From IMG/VR virus record IMGVR_UViG_3300030019_000007: DNA of 64,000 nucleotides. One strand, given 5' to 3'. The first letter of the stretch is position 1; each line of letters begins with the position of its first letter. The translations under genes and the position numbers were made by a program. Source of the stretch: a virus (taxonomy: Duplodnaviria; Heunggongvirae; Uroviricota; Caudoviricetes). The notes under the pieces were generated by a model. That model was not told where the DNA came from and did no database searches. It saw only the letters and a program-made list of their open reading frames with translations. Shown piece by piece: positions 47,726-57,673 of this stretch.

Positions 47726-48616
47726 CTCCCCAAAAATTAACGCTTGAGCTCCTAACGGAGCTTAAGCATTAATTTATGTATTAATTAAACTCAAAAGACA
47801 TTAGGCGAAATTCGCCTCTTTGCTCTGGCTACGCGAGGGGAAGCCGTGGCTATGCCTATTGGAATTCGTCATAAAGAATTAGGTAGAATGTAATGACTAA
47901 GCCCAACCTGAGCTAAAGTAGTGAATCAGGTTACGTATACTATGTATTGGCAAGACAACACAAGGAGGGATAATAGATCCTATGGAAGAGGAACATCTTT
48001 AGTGACAGTATTATCCAAGGTAACTATCTTGGAGAGCTATAGAATGTTCATAGAAGGAGAGGGATGGATAGCTCCAAATAGCTATACAAACTTGCCTTTG
48101 AATACAGAGATATTTTTAACCTTAGCTGAGAATGGAGATAGTAGATTCTTAGTTGATTGGTTATGGCCATAAGTGGAGGGTTAGTTCGATTCTAATAATG
48201 GTCACTTTAATCATGGTAAATTTCAAAATGTGTAATCCCGGAGAGTGAGAACTTCGGGGTTATATTTATTATATTTATTATGGTTATTATTCGTTCTTAT
48301 AATGATAAAATTCCCAAGAAAATCTATTGATATACTTGGGGATTAGTACTTATTTTAGTACTTATTCTAGAGAGATTTACCACGATATATCTTCTATAAG
48401 TAATTAAGGATTAAGGGTTGGGAGATGCCTCTGCCACTCTCCCACTCCCTATATTTCCACTATTTCCAGAATCTCTCTAAGCCCTAATTATGCAAGTAGG
48501 GGAATTCACAGATTTAATCAATTATCACTACTATAAATCATTAGTATGTGAATATAGATGTAAATCTAACTCAAAATGTTCCTTGGGATGAGTATAAATA
48601 TCCCTAAATACTCGGA

Positions 48617-49009
48617 GTGCATGGTAGCTCAAACTCAAAAAACACAATTCTCATGGAAAAGATAGACATTAATGGTCATATTGCCGTCAATTTTGGTAGT
48701 AATAATTATTCTCATGGAATGAAAGCAGTTATTTTTAATCCTGCTACAATTTCAGTAGAACAAGTAAAAGCTTTACCTTCCATATATTTGCATCCAACTC
48801 TAAAGCCAAACTCATTGGAAATCTTTGCTCTCATGGGCTCTGATAAACAGTTTGAGGAATTTTACAAGTCTGCCAAAGAAACCTATTGCTCTCAAAAGGC
48901 AGTAGAAAAGTTTGGAGGTATTCCTCAATACGATGATAAGGCTACATGGAAGCAAATACATGATGAAGAAGACAGACTATGGAATGATTTTCAACCATGG
49001 TACGAATAA
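48617..49009 (+). CDS. hypothetical protein (130 aa)
   Basis: ORF track. Confidence 0.45.
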   Translation: MHGSSNSKNTILMEKIDINGHIAVNFGSNNYSHGMKAVIFNPATISVEQVKALPSIYLHPTLKPNSLEIFALMGSDKQFEEFYKSAKETYCSQKAVEKFGGIPQYDDKATWKQIHDEEDRLWNDFQPWYE

Positions 49010-49263
49010 GAATAACCCCTGAAAAGAACGAAAGAACTCAAAACAACTTATATATGAATGAATTGATTAAGAATCTCCAGATGATTCAGGATCAAATTGA
49101 TCCTAATTTGTATGTCACTTTATTAGCTATGTTGAGGTCTAACGATCTAGACAGCGTAAAGAATATGATTGAAGCATGTTTAGACACTGAGTATTCTATG
49201 TCTTTAGACTGGTTTTATTCTATATTACCAGGACAAACTGTAGTTAAAGTATTAACCTTTTAA
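48997..49263 (+). CDS. hypothetical protein (88 aa)
   Basis: ORF track. Overlaps the upstream ORF. Confidence 0.4.
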   Translation: MVRIRITPEKNERTQNNLYMNELIKNLQMIQDQIDPNLYVTLLAMLRSNDLDSVKNMIEACLDTEYSMSLDWFYSILPGQTVVKVLTF

Positions 49264-49541
49264 ATTTCAGCAATGAAAGCATTAATAGCGTTTTATCGTG
49301 AATTACAAGCTGTTGGGATGGAAATACCTGCAGCTGGATTAATTATCATTATTATAACTTGTGTAATATTTTAAAGATGAGAAAGATATCGATTGAACAT
49401 TACGTAAGATTAATCAATTATTGAATGCTGATGTTTTGATTAAAGAAGCTGAAAAGTTCATGAAAGAGGACATATACTAAAAATCTTGAGTTTCCGAAAG
49501 CCTTGTAAAGGGTGAGTAGGAAACTTTAAAAACTCAAACAC

Positions 49542-50009
49542 ATGTTAGATATAATAATTTTTGGAATAGGATTAGCATTTGGTGTTTTAATTATACTTGT
49601 TTTTGCAAAAGCACCACAAAAAAAACTTGAAGAAGTTGATTCATTTCCTTCTAAGGTTTATCTTTCCCGTGAAATTATGCTTTGGCTAAAGCCGGAGAAT
49701 TTCAAAGTTGTGGGTTTTTACCCATATACAAGTATTGTTACAAATCGGATATTAAGTCAGGGACATAATCACAAAACTCCTGAACATGATTTTGTAGAAG
49801 AATTTGGATCAGCAATTAAAATGAAAGCTGAGGATCTTAAATGCCCTTGGGATAATAAGGTTGTTTGTGAAATTGCTTTAATTGACCACATGAAAAATTC
49901 CAACAATTCTAATCTATTTATCGGTTACAAAGATGGAATTATTTCAATTGGTTTAGGAATTTGGCAACCTGATTCATGGACAGCTAAAGAAAATAAGAAA
50001 TTTTTATAA
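49542..50009 (+). CDS. hypothetical protein with N-terminal TM helix (155 aa)
   Basis: ORF track. Confidence 0.45.
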   Translation: MLDIIIFGIGLAFGVLIILVFAKAPQKKLEEVDSFPSKVYLSREIMLWLKPENFKVVGFYPYTSIVTNRILSQGHNHKTPEHDFVEEFGSAIKMKAEDLKCPWDNKVVCEIALIDHMKNSNNSNLFIGYKDGIISIGLGIWQPDSWTAKENKKFL

Positions 50010-50029
50010 CGCTTGAAACATTTAATCCA

Positions 50030-50335
50030 ATGAAGAGAATTAGTTTTGTTATCATCATGCTATGTCTGATATTGGCATCGTGTGGATCAAAGTCTGGACG
50101 AAGAAGTATTGAAAGGACTACTGAAGTAACATTTCAAATTCCTACTGATCCCTCAATTGTTGAGGAAAAAGTGGTGATGTTGACTGTTAAACGTGAAACA
50201 TTCTTTGCAACTTCCCCCAATCTGTACACTTATAAGATTAAGAGGATTGCAAACAATACAGTGACTTTTATTCAAATTAAGTCAAGTGAGCCTTATCTCC
50301 CTAAAGACACAATTATGTGGAGATTTAATAAGTAA
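50030..50335 (+). CDS. small lipoprotein (101 aa)
   Basis: Signal peptide plus lipobox LILASCGS. Confidence 0.45.
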   Translation: MKRISFVIIMLCLILASCGSKSGRRSIERTTEVTFQIPTDPSIVEEKVVMLTVKRETFFATSPNLYTYKIKRIANNTVTFIQIKSSEPYLPKDTIMWRFNK

Positions 50336-50411
50336 AAATTAGTAAAGAATACAAACACCAAACTCCCAGCAAGTACTAATGTTGGGAGTTTACTCGTAAA
50401 AGTTCCGAGTA

Positions 50412-51011
50412 TCAATTTACTAATAAAGCTATTTCTTTACGCATTTTTTTAACTGGATATTTTAAGTAAACTTGTTGTAATTCTAATCTAGTTATTAAAT
50501 TTTTACGATAATCTCGTAATGCATTTTTACGGAGTCGTTTTCCTGTGTAATACTCATAATTAATACTTTTTGAATCATTTCTTAAAGTATATAAATGATT
50601 ATCAATAATAAGCCTTTTGATTTGGGCTTCAGTTAAATCAATGTATTTTGAAATCTCTTTATAAGATAATTTCTGTACATATAAAATATTAACTTGATCA
50701 ATTAAGTGTTGTGGAAACACTTTAAATCGAGTTTGTTCTTTTTTAGTAATTACAATATTCAAATGTAAATTACTTTTAATAAATTCTTTAATTTCTAAGG
50801 AATAGTTAAACCATTCATTTCGATGCAGTAAATTAATAAACTTAATGTGTAGAGCTGATTCTAAAGTTTCGTCTCCTTCAAGTAATAATATTAGTTCAAC
50901 ATCAAATGGCATTCCACGTGTTATTGCAGAAATTCTTTTTATAGGGTCTTTGTATTTAGTGTAACCAATTTTGATGTAATCTTGTTCTTTAATTTTTATA
51001 AAATATACCAT
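50412..51011 (-). CDS. T5orf172-domain (GIY-YIG superfamily) nuclease
   Basis: VYFIKIKEQDYIKIGYTKYKDPIKRI...ALHIKF...RNEWF matches the T5orf172 / MUG113 pattern. Confidence 0.6.
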   Translation of the reverse strand: MVYFIKIKEQDYIKIGYTKYKDPIKRISAITRGMPFDVELILLLEGDETLESALHIKFINLLHRNEWFNYSLEIKEFIKSNLHLNIVITKKEQTRFKVFPQHLIDQVNILYVQKLSYKEISKYIDLTEAQIKRLIIDNHLYTLRNDSKSINYEYYTGKRLRKNALRDYRKNLITRLELQQVYLKYPVKKMRKEIALLVN

Positions 51012-51116
51012 GTAATTATTTATTTAGTAATTTACAAAGATAATAATTATTTGGAGTTTAAATGCAATTTTACTAATTATTTAAATATATAAAGCTCAAA
51101 CTCTAAAAAAAAGATT

Positions 51117-51335
51117 ATGAAACGTATTTCAATTTTTGTGTACAATGTTACTAAATTGACAGTGCCCACACTTGATGATGTGATTAAGACAGTAGGATTA
51201 TCTGCGGAAAATTTCACGCTGATTCATTCAGGTAGTGATACACATCTTGGTTGTGAAGCCACTATGAAACAAGATAGCCTACCAATGGTTATGTTGAAAA
51301 ATCATTTATCAACGCTTGTTAAAGAATCAAAGTAA
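51117..51335 (+). CDS. hypothetical protein (72 aa)
   Basis: ORF track. Confidence 0.4.
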   Translation: MKRISIFVYNVTKLTVPTLDDVIKTVGLSAENFTLIHSGSDTHLGCEATMKQDSLPMVMLKNHLSTLVKESK

Positions 51336-51337
51336 AA

Positions 51338-51483
51338 ATGAAAAAACTTTATTGTGTCATCATGATATTATTAGTTGTAATAGTCATGAGTTCTTGTAAA
51401 GCTACTAAACTCGATAGGAAACGTAACAACATGATCCAAGAGAATTATAATCGTGGGTGTTATGTTCATAATCAGTACGCTTA
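51338..51483 (+). CDS. small lipoprotein ORF (48 aa)
   Basis: MKKLYCVIMILLVVIVMSSCKAT... has a signal peptide and lipobox. Too short for the track. Read directly from the sequence. Confidence 0.35.
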
Positions 51484-52040
51484 AAATGAGTAAACTATCC
51501 AAATTCCTTGAGTTACACGGAAGTGTGCTCAAGGAAAATGAGAGTGGTTCCTCATATTACCAAATATCTGACAGAAGAATCAGAGTACCTAATCATTTAA
51601 CTTCTAGTAATATCCCTGATCAACTTTCAATTCTTTTACCAGAGAATTCTAAGAAACAGTACATTGTAGTGTTGATGGGTAAATTATACATACATGATTC
51701 TTATACTTCGTTAAGAGTATTTTTAGAAACATGGATGGTAGTAGTAAAAGGATATGAATTCAAACAATCTGTTCTTCAAAACGATAAAATTGCAAAGTTA
51801 GAAGCTAAATTAATTGAATCTAATAAACTGATTGCAAAGCTAAAAAAAGAAATTATTTCACCAAAGTTTCAACCTCCTGTATATGATTTTACTAACTTTA
51901 ATGATCTTACAAAGAATCAAAAAGGTGCAGTTACAAGGACTATTAGTATAGGATTAGATCCTACAAAGCAAATTGCTGATTATCAAATAATAAATGAACA
52001 AAATCGTCTGATTAAATTAATAAAAAAGAAAAAGAAATGA
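51453..52040 (+). CDS. hypothetical protein (about 185-195 aa)
   Basis: ORF track. A likely start is the internal ATG giving MSKLSKF. Confidence 0.45.
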   Translation: MGVMFIISTLKMSKLSKFLELHGSVLKENESGSSYYQISDRRIRVPNHLTSSNIPDQLSILLPENSKKQYIVVLMGKLYIHDSYTSLRVFLETWMVVVKGYEFKQSVLQNDKIAKLEAKLIESNKLIAKLKKEIISPKFQPPVYDFTNFNDLTKNQKGAVTRTISIGLDPTKQIADYQIINEQNRLIKLIKKKKK

Positions 52041-52390
52041 AATTTTTATTGACTGGTATTTTAGTCCTATTCACAGGACTTATGTTAGCTGGAGCTAATA
52101 CGTCTGTATCTGTTTTTATAGGATTTATTGGCTTTAGTGCCGCTTGTACTTATGTGGTAATGCTAATTACTGAAGATCCAATGTTTGTTAAAGATTCTTC
52201 TGCAAAAAATGCTGCTTTCACTAAGATTATTAAATCGATTAATTCTTGTGTAACTACGAAACAATTGTCTTCTTGTAGTAAAATGGTAAGTAATTTTGAG
52301 AATCTTTTTAAAAAAGACTTTCCATTGATGAGCGAAAGTGATTCATTAACTTATTTAATAAAAGTACGTAATGGCTATTTACAGAGGTAA
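52037..52390 (+). CDS. membrane protein (117 aa, two TM segments)
   Basis: ORF track. Hydrophobic N-half. Confidence 0.45.
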   Translation: MKFLLTGILVLFTGLMLAGANTSVSVFIGFIGFSAACTYVVMLITEDPMFVKDSSAKNAAFTKIIKSINSCVTTKQLSSCSKMVSNFENLFKKDFPLMSESDSLTYLIKVRNGYLQR

Positions 52391-52546
52391 CGAAAGAGAA
52401 GTGGAACTTATCTATGATGATGAGTTAGAAGGAAAAAGAAATCAACAAATTTCTAAGAAAAAACAAGCACAATTTGAAAGATTTCTCGAACATCGTGATT
52501 CTTATAAGGCAAAGAAAGTACAAAGACGTAACAACGATAAATACCG

Positions 52547-52786
52547 ATGAAACAGGCTGATCATTTAAGGAAACTAGCTGAAGTCACATGGTCACATGCT
52601 TTAACAATTACATCTTTGCGTAAAGAGCATGATAATCTTGTTGCAGAAATGCGTAGAGATTTCAAAGAAGCACAAATTAAACGAGATGCCTATTACACTC
52701 AACAACTTGTTGATTGTCAGGAAACTATTACTCAACTAAATATTAAAGCTTCTAAACCATGGTGGAAGGGAAACTTTGTATGGTAA
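52547..52786 (+). CDS. hypothetical protein (79 aa)
   Basis: ORF track. Confidence 0.4.
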   Translation: MKQADHLRKLAEVTWSHALTITSLRKEHDNLVAEMRRDFKEAQIKRDAYYTQQLVDCQETITQLNIKASKPWWKGNFVW

Positions 52787-52950
52787 GTATTCAACTCGTT
52801 ATATTTATAGTAATACTATTAGTGTTGCTGTATCTTAGTTCCAAAAATTACGTAAAGGATTTCAATATCTTTGGTCCATTAATAAGTATCTTTTGGATAA
52901 TAATCACTATTTCATTTATCCTCATTTGGGGAGGAATATTTTGGTGGTAA
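52759..52950 (+). CDS. small membrane protein (63 aa)
   Basis: ORF track. Two hydrophobic stretches. Confidence 0.35.
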   Translation: MVEGKLCMVSIQLVIFIVILLVLLYLSSKNYVKDFNIFGPLISIFWIIITISFILIWGGIFWW

Positions 52951-53481
52951 AAATACAGGCTATTGGTTTGCACTATTAGCTTTGTGAAATTCAGAACTTC
53001 CGATTCATCTGCCGTCCGGCGAATGTGAATTGTTAGCCGTATAGTTGGCCATATAAAATGTACTAGTATAGTTTAGTCTATAGATGTAGCTTGTAACTTT
53101 TTGGGAGCAATCACCAAAAGCCAGGGAACGCACATTTCAACTCTGATAGCAACGTACATTTTTACCTTATAACTCTTTATAGAGTTAGGTTTCTAAGGAA
53201 ACCCTGGGCGTGTAATTCAAAACTTTTACCTGGTAGCCTTTAAGGACTTGGTACTATCCGTTACAGTCGGACCCATTGAGAACTGGACTAATCCACAAGT
53301 GCACAGAGTGGAGAGATAAATAGCTTACCTCTTAGGAGTCTGCTTACAGAGGTTCAATTCCTCTATCTCAGTATAATAAAGAATAGATATAGGAAGCAAA
53401 TCCCTATATCACTGAACTATTCTTTTAAAGGCTATTAGTTTACTAAGAGCCTTTCCAATTAATATCAAAAACCAATATATA

Positions 53482-54201
53482 ATGGAAGTCAAAATGGATG
53501 TCCTCGAATTCAAAGCTTTAGAGGACAAAATTGCTAAATTACAGGCAGATAAAGCTGATTTAATCAGCAAGCAGAAACAAGTGGTTGTGTACCATAAACA
53601 CTTTAATGGCACTGTTGTTATTAATAGAAGTGCTAAAGCTGGACAACCATTCTCTGTTTCAGGAGTTGCCAGAAAATTTGATTATGATCGTGCTTTTAAT
53701 GGAGGTATATTTAATGAATACCAAACTCATGATATAGATTTAGCTGATGCTGTAAGAAGAGGATGGTTAGAAATAGACATCAAAGAAGATTCTACTAAAA
53801 CAACTAAAGACTATGAGAATCTCTCTGAAATCGTTAAAGATATTCGTGAAGAAGAATTAGCTAAAGTTGAGATAGAATTATCAAAAGCTCAATTACGTGC
53901 ATCAATTGCAGAACAGTATACAACTACTGTAGAAGATAAATGCACTAAACAAATAATCTCTATTAGAGAAGCTCATAAAGATTTAGTTGATGGAATTAAC
54001 AAAGACCATCAAGAGCATGTAGCTAAATTAACTAAAAATGCTGAAACAGCTACATCATATATGGGAGAACAACTTAAAACTCTCTCACAAGAATTTGAAG
54101 ATTTTAAAGCTGATAAGAAACGTTTAACTCTTGAACAACAATTAGCTGAAGCAATTAAAACAATTGCGGAATTGAAAGCTAAGAAATGGTATAAATTTTA
54201 A
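53482..54201 (+). CDS. coiled-coil protein (239 aa)
   Basis: ORF track. Long heptad-like Lys/Glu-rich segments. Confidence 0.5.
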   Translation: MEVKMDVLEFKALEDKIAKLQADKADLISKQKQVVVYHKHFNGTVVINRSAKAGQPFSVSGVARKFDYDRAFNGGIFNEYQTHDIDLADAVRRGWLEIDIKEDSTKTTKDYENLSEIVKDIREEELAKVEIELSKAQLRASIAEQYTTTVEDKCTKQIISIREAHKDLVDGINKDHQEHVAKLTKNAETATSYMGEQLKTLSQEFEDFKADKKRLTLEQQLAEAIKTIAELKAKKWYKF

Positions 54202-54212
54202 AACTTAACTAT

Positions 54213-54557
54213 ATGTCTGTTATTCTTGTTGGGACCTCTGGTTTTGGATCTATCCAAATTGCTGAAAAATTTGATAATGCTCATATTGTTACCAGAACAG
54301 TAGGGTCAAGTATATTAGAATTTGCTCAAGAATTAAAAACAGCAATTCTAGAACATCCTGAAGCAGTGATTATAGCTGATGATTTGCCACATGAAGTAAT
54401 ACCTGGGATGGTTCAAGTAAGAGAGCCTATAAGAAATGTTGAACCTTTTCTGATAAGCAATACTTTTGAACCATTAATACAGGATACAACATACTATCGC
54501 GAACCTAAAAATACTTACAATAAGTATCAAAAGGGACGAGACAAAAGAAATAGGTAA
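54213..54557 (+). CDS. hypothetical protein (114 aa), Rossmann-like N-terminus
   Basis: N-terminus MSVILVGTSGFGS. Confidence 0.45.
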   Translation: MSVILVGTSGFGSIQIAEKFDNAHIVTRTVGSSILEFAQELKTAILEHPEAVIIADDLPHEVIPGMVQVREPIRNVEPFLISNTFEPLIQDTTYYREPKNTYNKYQKGRDKRNR

Positions 54558-54757
54558 CACTTAAACCAAGCTTTACTTAGGTAAAGTATAGTGACAGTGT
54601 TACTTTAACAATATTGCCTACCTGGGCAGTAAATGAGTGTATTCATTCAACCTTTCCTCGTTTCAAATGTAAACGGGCGCTGTAGTATCTTTGCACGTAT
54701 ATCAAAGACTCTTCCTTAGTTTATAAGGGGCGATGGGTTAGGTACCCAAAATAACAC

Positions 54758-54803
54758 GAACACCACATGCCAGAAGATCACTGGATAACATGTGGTGTTT
54801 TTA
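54758..54803 (+). terminator. rho-independent terminator with nested hairpin
   Basis: GAACACCACATG...CATGTGGTGTT followed by TTTTT. Inner CCAG-AAGATCA-CTGG. Confidence 0.55.
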
Positions 54804-54968
54804 AATGAAATCAACAATACATATATAATGACACCTGAAAAACAAACTAATTTACTCATTGAGTTTCTCAGAAATAATAGAGAAATATTAGTTTTGAGTA
54901 ATACCGAAATCTTAGATTTATTTAGAAAGCATATAATTGCAAACTTTAATTAAACTCATTTAAAAACA

Positions 54969-55178
54969 ATGGAAATTGCACCTCATACTATTTGGATGGT
55001 TTTATTAATTTTTATCATTCATGCATTAATTCATAATTTCTCTTACTGGTGGTATAGTAAAACAAAGACTTCTGAAGATTACTTTTTCATAGGATCTTTA
55101 ATGGTACTGGAGACTATTTTAGTGTGTGTAATAATTTTTACACTACTGTGTACTACTCCATTTGTAAGGAGTATGTAA
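54969..55178 (+). CDS. small membrane protein (69 aa)
   Basis: ORF track. Confidence 0.35.
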   Translation: MEIAPHTIWMVLLIFIIHALIHNFSYWWYSKTKTSEDYFFIGSLMVLETILVCVIIFTLLCTTPFVRSM

Positions 55179-55676
55179 ATCCTAAAACTCTGGATTTAAA
55201 AATAATGGTAGATTACTGATGAAGGTTAGGCCTGATTCCCATGAAGATGTAATCATAAAATAAAGAGTTTCAACATGAATCACAAAGCACAACTGGATGG
55301 TGCTGTTCCTCGCAGGGAAAAGGTTGAAGGTTCGAGGCCCACTTATGCGACTATACTTGACTGAGTATTAACTAAAAGGAGGATCGGCTATGAAAAAGCA
55401 CCTTTGACGAAAATTCTGATCCAATAATTCTGTACATGTTATAGAATCTTACTCAACACAAATAAAACTAATAGTAAGTAATTTGCAGCCGTTGATAATA
55501 TAATGGCTGGACGTGGGAAGGCGGTGTCCCAAAGATGAATGTATCATTTCAGTTTCCTAAGGACTGACAATTAGAGCAATGTTAGACCATACTAGACTAT
55601 ATGTCTAGGGCAATGTCACATTGTTCTAATTGAATACAGGAGGATCAAAAAATTTAAATCATTAAAATAAAATCTT

Positions 55677-55925
55677 ATGCTTACAAAAAGACAAAAATGG
55701 AGTATTCTCCTAATGATTTCAATAAGTTTTTTTCTTGCTGTAGTAATAGCAAGTTGTAGGATAGCCCCTGAATCTCCTAAACATTTTGATCCTACAGTAA
55801 ATTCTCGGATTAAACTTGTAGAAAGAACTGAACTTAGAAATCATGTTTATTATATCATCTCTGTAGATGGTGTTGAATATTTATATGTGGTTGAAGGTGG
55901 AATAATAAAACTTGAAAAGAAATAA
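55677..55925 (+). CDS. small membrane-anchored protein (82 aa)
   Basis: N-terminal TM helix and a Cys near the TM end. Confidence 0.4.
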   Translation: MLTKRQKWSILLMISISFFLAVVIASCRIAPESPKHFDPTVNSRIKLVERTELRNHVYYIISVDGVEYLYVVEGGIIKLEKK

Positions 55926-55966
55926 TTAAAATAATTTTACTTACGCGTAAAAAATTAATAAAAAAG

Positions 55967-56482
55967 ATGAAAAAATTTACTGATGGTATGTCCTTATCCG
56001 CAAAGATTAATATTTTGTGTGAAGGTGATGAAAATGTAAAGGCCTCTATTATTGCAGCAGCATTATCTATGGGTCCAAAATGTATTCCAATGTTTAATAA
56101 TTTGGATGAATTAGGAATTTATGGTAAAGATGTTACCGTGCTTCTGATCGGAGTATGTGAAGGTAGTATAAATACTGCTGAACTTGCCCTGGAAATTGAA
56201 ATGGAACTCAAACAAGGTGATTTGCAAAAGTTTATTGCTAAACGTAGAGCTATTGATCCAAATGAAGATTATATGGAAATTGCCGTTAAATTGCGAGATA
56301 AAAAACTTGCTGGATTAAAAGGTAATCCTCAAGTAATAGAAGGAATTCGCAATAAAATTACAAAAATATTGTCTATGTTAGGAGTTGATCCGGATCGTTT
56401 TAAAGAATCAATAGGTGTGCAAATTCCGAAATCAGAACCAGATATCCTTGCTTCTTTACCTAAAGCAAAGAGCATTAAGTAA
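55967..56482 (+). CDS. hypothetical protein (171 aa)
   Basis: ORF track. Confidence 0.45.
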   Translation: MKKFTDGMSLSAKINILCEGDENVKASIIAAALSMGPKCIPMFNNLDELGIYGKDVTVLLIGVCEGSINTAELALEIEMELKQGDLQKFIAKRRAIDPNEDYMEIAVKLRDKKLAGLKGNPQVIEGIRNKITKILSMLGVDPDRFKESIGVQIPKSEPDILASLPKAKSIK

Positions 56483-56715
56483 TGGCTATTGTAAGTGACC
56501 TCTCAAAATTCGACCATATCCCGCTCTCTGATATAGAGCGGGATATAGCTGATACACAGGTAGAACTCGATCAATATGAAAGAGAATTAACAGCTCTTGA
56601 AGGAGATCGAGTAAAGAATAGGCTATCAATTTATATGGCTGAGGGTCATATTTCTGGCCGTAAATCTTTTATAAAAAATCTTGAACAGATTGTAAAATAC
56701 AGAAAAAATAATTAA
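56482..56715 (+). CDS. hypothetical protein (77 aa)
   Basis: ORF track. ATGA overlap with the upstream gene. Confidence 0.4.
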   Translation: MAIVSDLSKFDHIPLSDIERDIADTQVELDQYERELTALEGDRVKNRLSIYMAEGHISGRKSFIKNLEQIVKYRKNN

Positions 56716-56771
56716 ATATTAGTTGCATATTATCTAATAATAACTACCTTTGTAGAAATAATTATTTTGAT

Positions 56772-57476
56772 ATGAATACAACTTTTATTTACGCTTTAAT
56801 TGATCCTAATACTCTAGAAACAAGATATGTAGGAAAATCTGATCATCCAAAATCTAGATTAAGTCATCATATAAATGATGCTAAGACTAAAACAAATTGT
56901 CATAGATTAGCCTGGATTAATAGCTTATGGAAATTGAATCAAAAGCCTATTTTACAAATTTTAGAAGAAGTTTCTATTGATGTTTGGGGAGAAAAAGAAA
57001 ACTATTGGATTAGTCAATTTGATAACCTTACTAATATGATTGATGGTGGAAAATTTTGTCCAATGTCAATTCCAGAAATTGTTGAAAAAATGAAAGCCAC
57101 TAAAAAGGCAAATCCACAACAATTTTCTGAAAAAACGAGAGCAAAGTTATCAAAAAGTACACAAAACCGTTGGAATGATGGAACATTAGTGTACAAAAAA
57201 AGATCTAAGGATTCTTATGAAACTCAATCAGAAACTTTAGTTAAGAAATGGGCAAAAAAAACAAAAAATGAAATTCAAAAGATAGGACAAAATATTACTA
57301 AAGGTAAGAATAAATCTATAGATCAATATGATATTGATATGAATTTTATAAAAACTTGGGAATCTATTGGTTCTGTGGAACTTTTCTTCTTTAAAAGAAA
57401 AAAGAGTTTATTAACTAAAGCTATTAAAGCTAATCAATTGTTCCAAGGATTCTATTGGAAATTTGCACAAAAATGA
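56772..57476 (+). CDS. GIY-YIG homing endonuclease
   Basis: FIYALIDPNTLETRYVGKSDHPKSRLSHH carries the GIY..YIG and conserved R..H motifs. Confidence 0.65.
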   Translation: MNTTFIYALIDPNTLETRYVGKSDHPKSRLSHHINDAKTKTNCHRLAWINSLWKLNQKPILQILEEVSIDVWGEKENYWISQFDNLTNMIDGGKFCPMSIPEIVEKMKATKKANPQQFSEKTRAKLSKSTQNRWNDGTLVYKKRSKDSYETQSETLVKKWAKKTKNEIQKIGQNITKGKNKSIDQYDIDMNFIKTWESIGSVELFFFKRKKSLLTKAIKANQLFQGFYWKFAQK

Positions 57477-57673
57477 ATTAAATATATATTTAGGCCATTT
57501 ATCAGTTACTTCTACGATATAACTTAGGCTTCGAAACCTGAGATTAACTACTGATAAAATTCCTTGATCATCACAAAGTGGCTACGTGATAGTTACTTCT
57601 ACAAACATTTGAGCCCCGTTAACGGGCCCGCCAGTTATTACTATCACAATTTCTCATTTTAAAAAAAATAAAC

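Noticed and set aside
47921-48172. 83-aa ORF in the GC-shifted non-coding stretch
   Set aside because: No promoter or start context, odd composition, and the region is full of palindromes. More likely non-coding.
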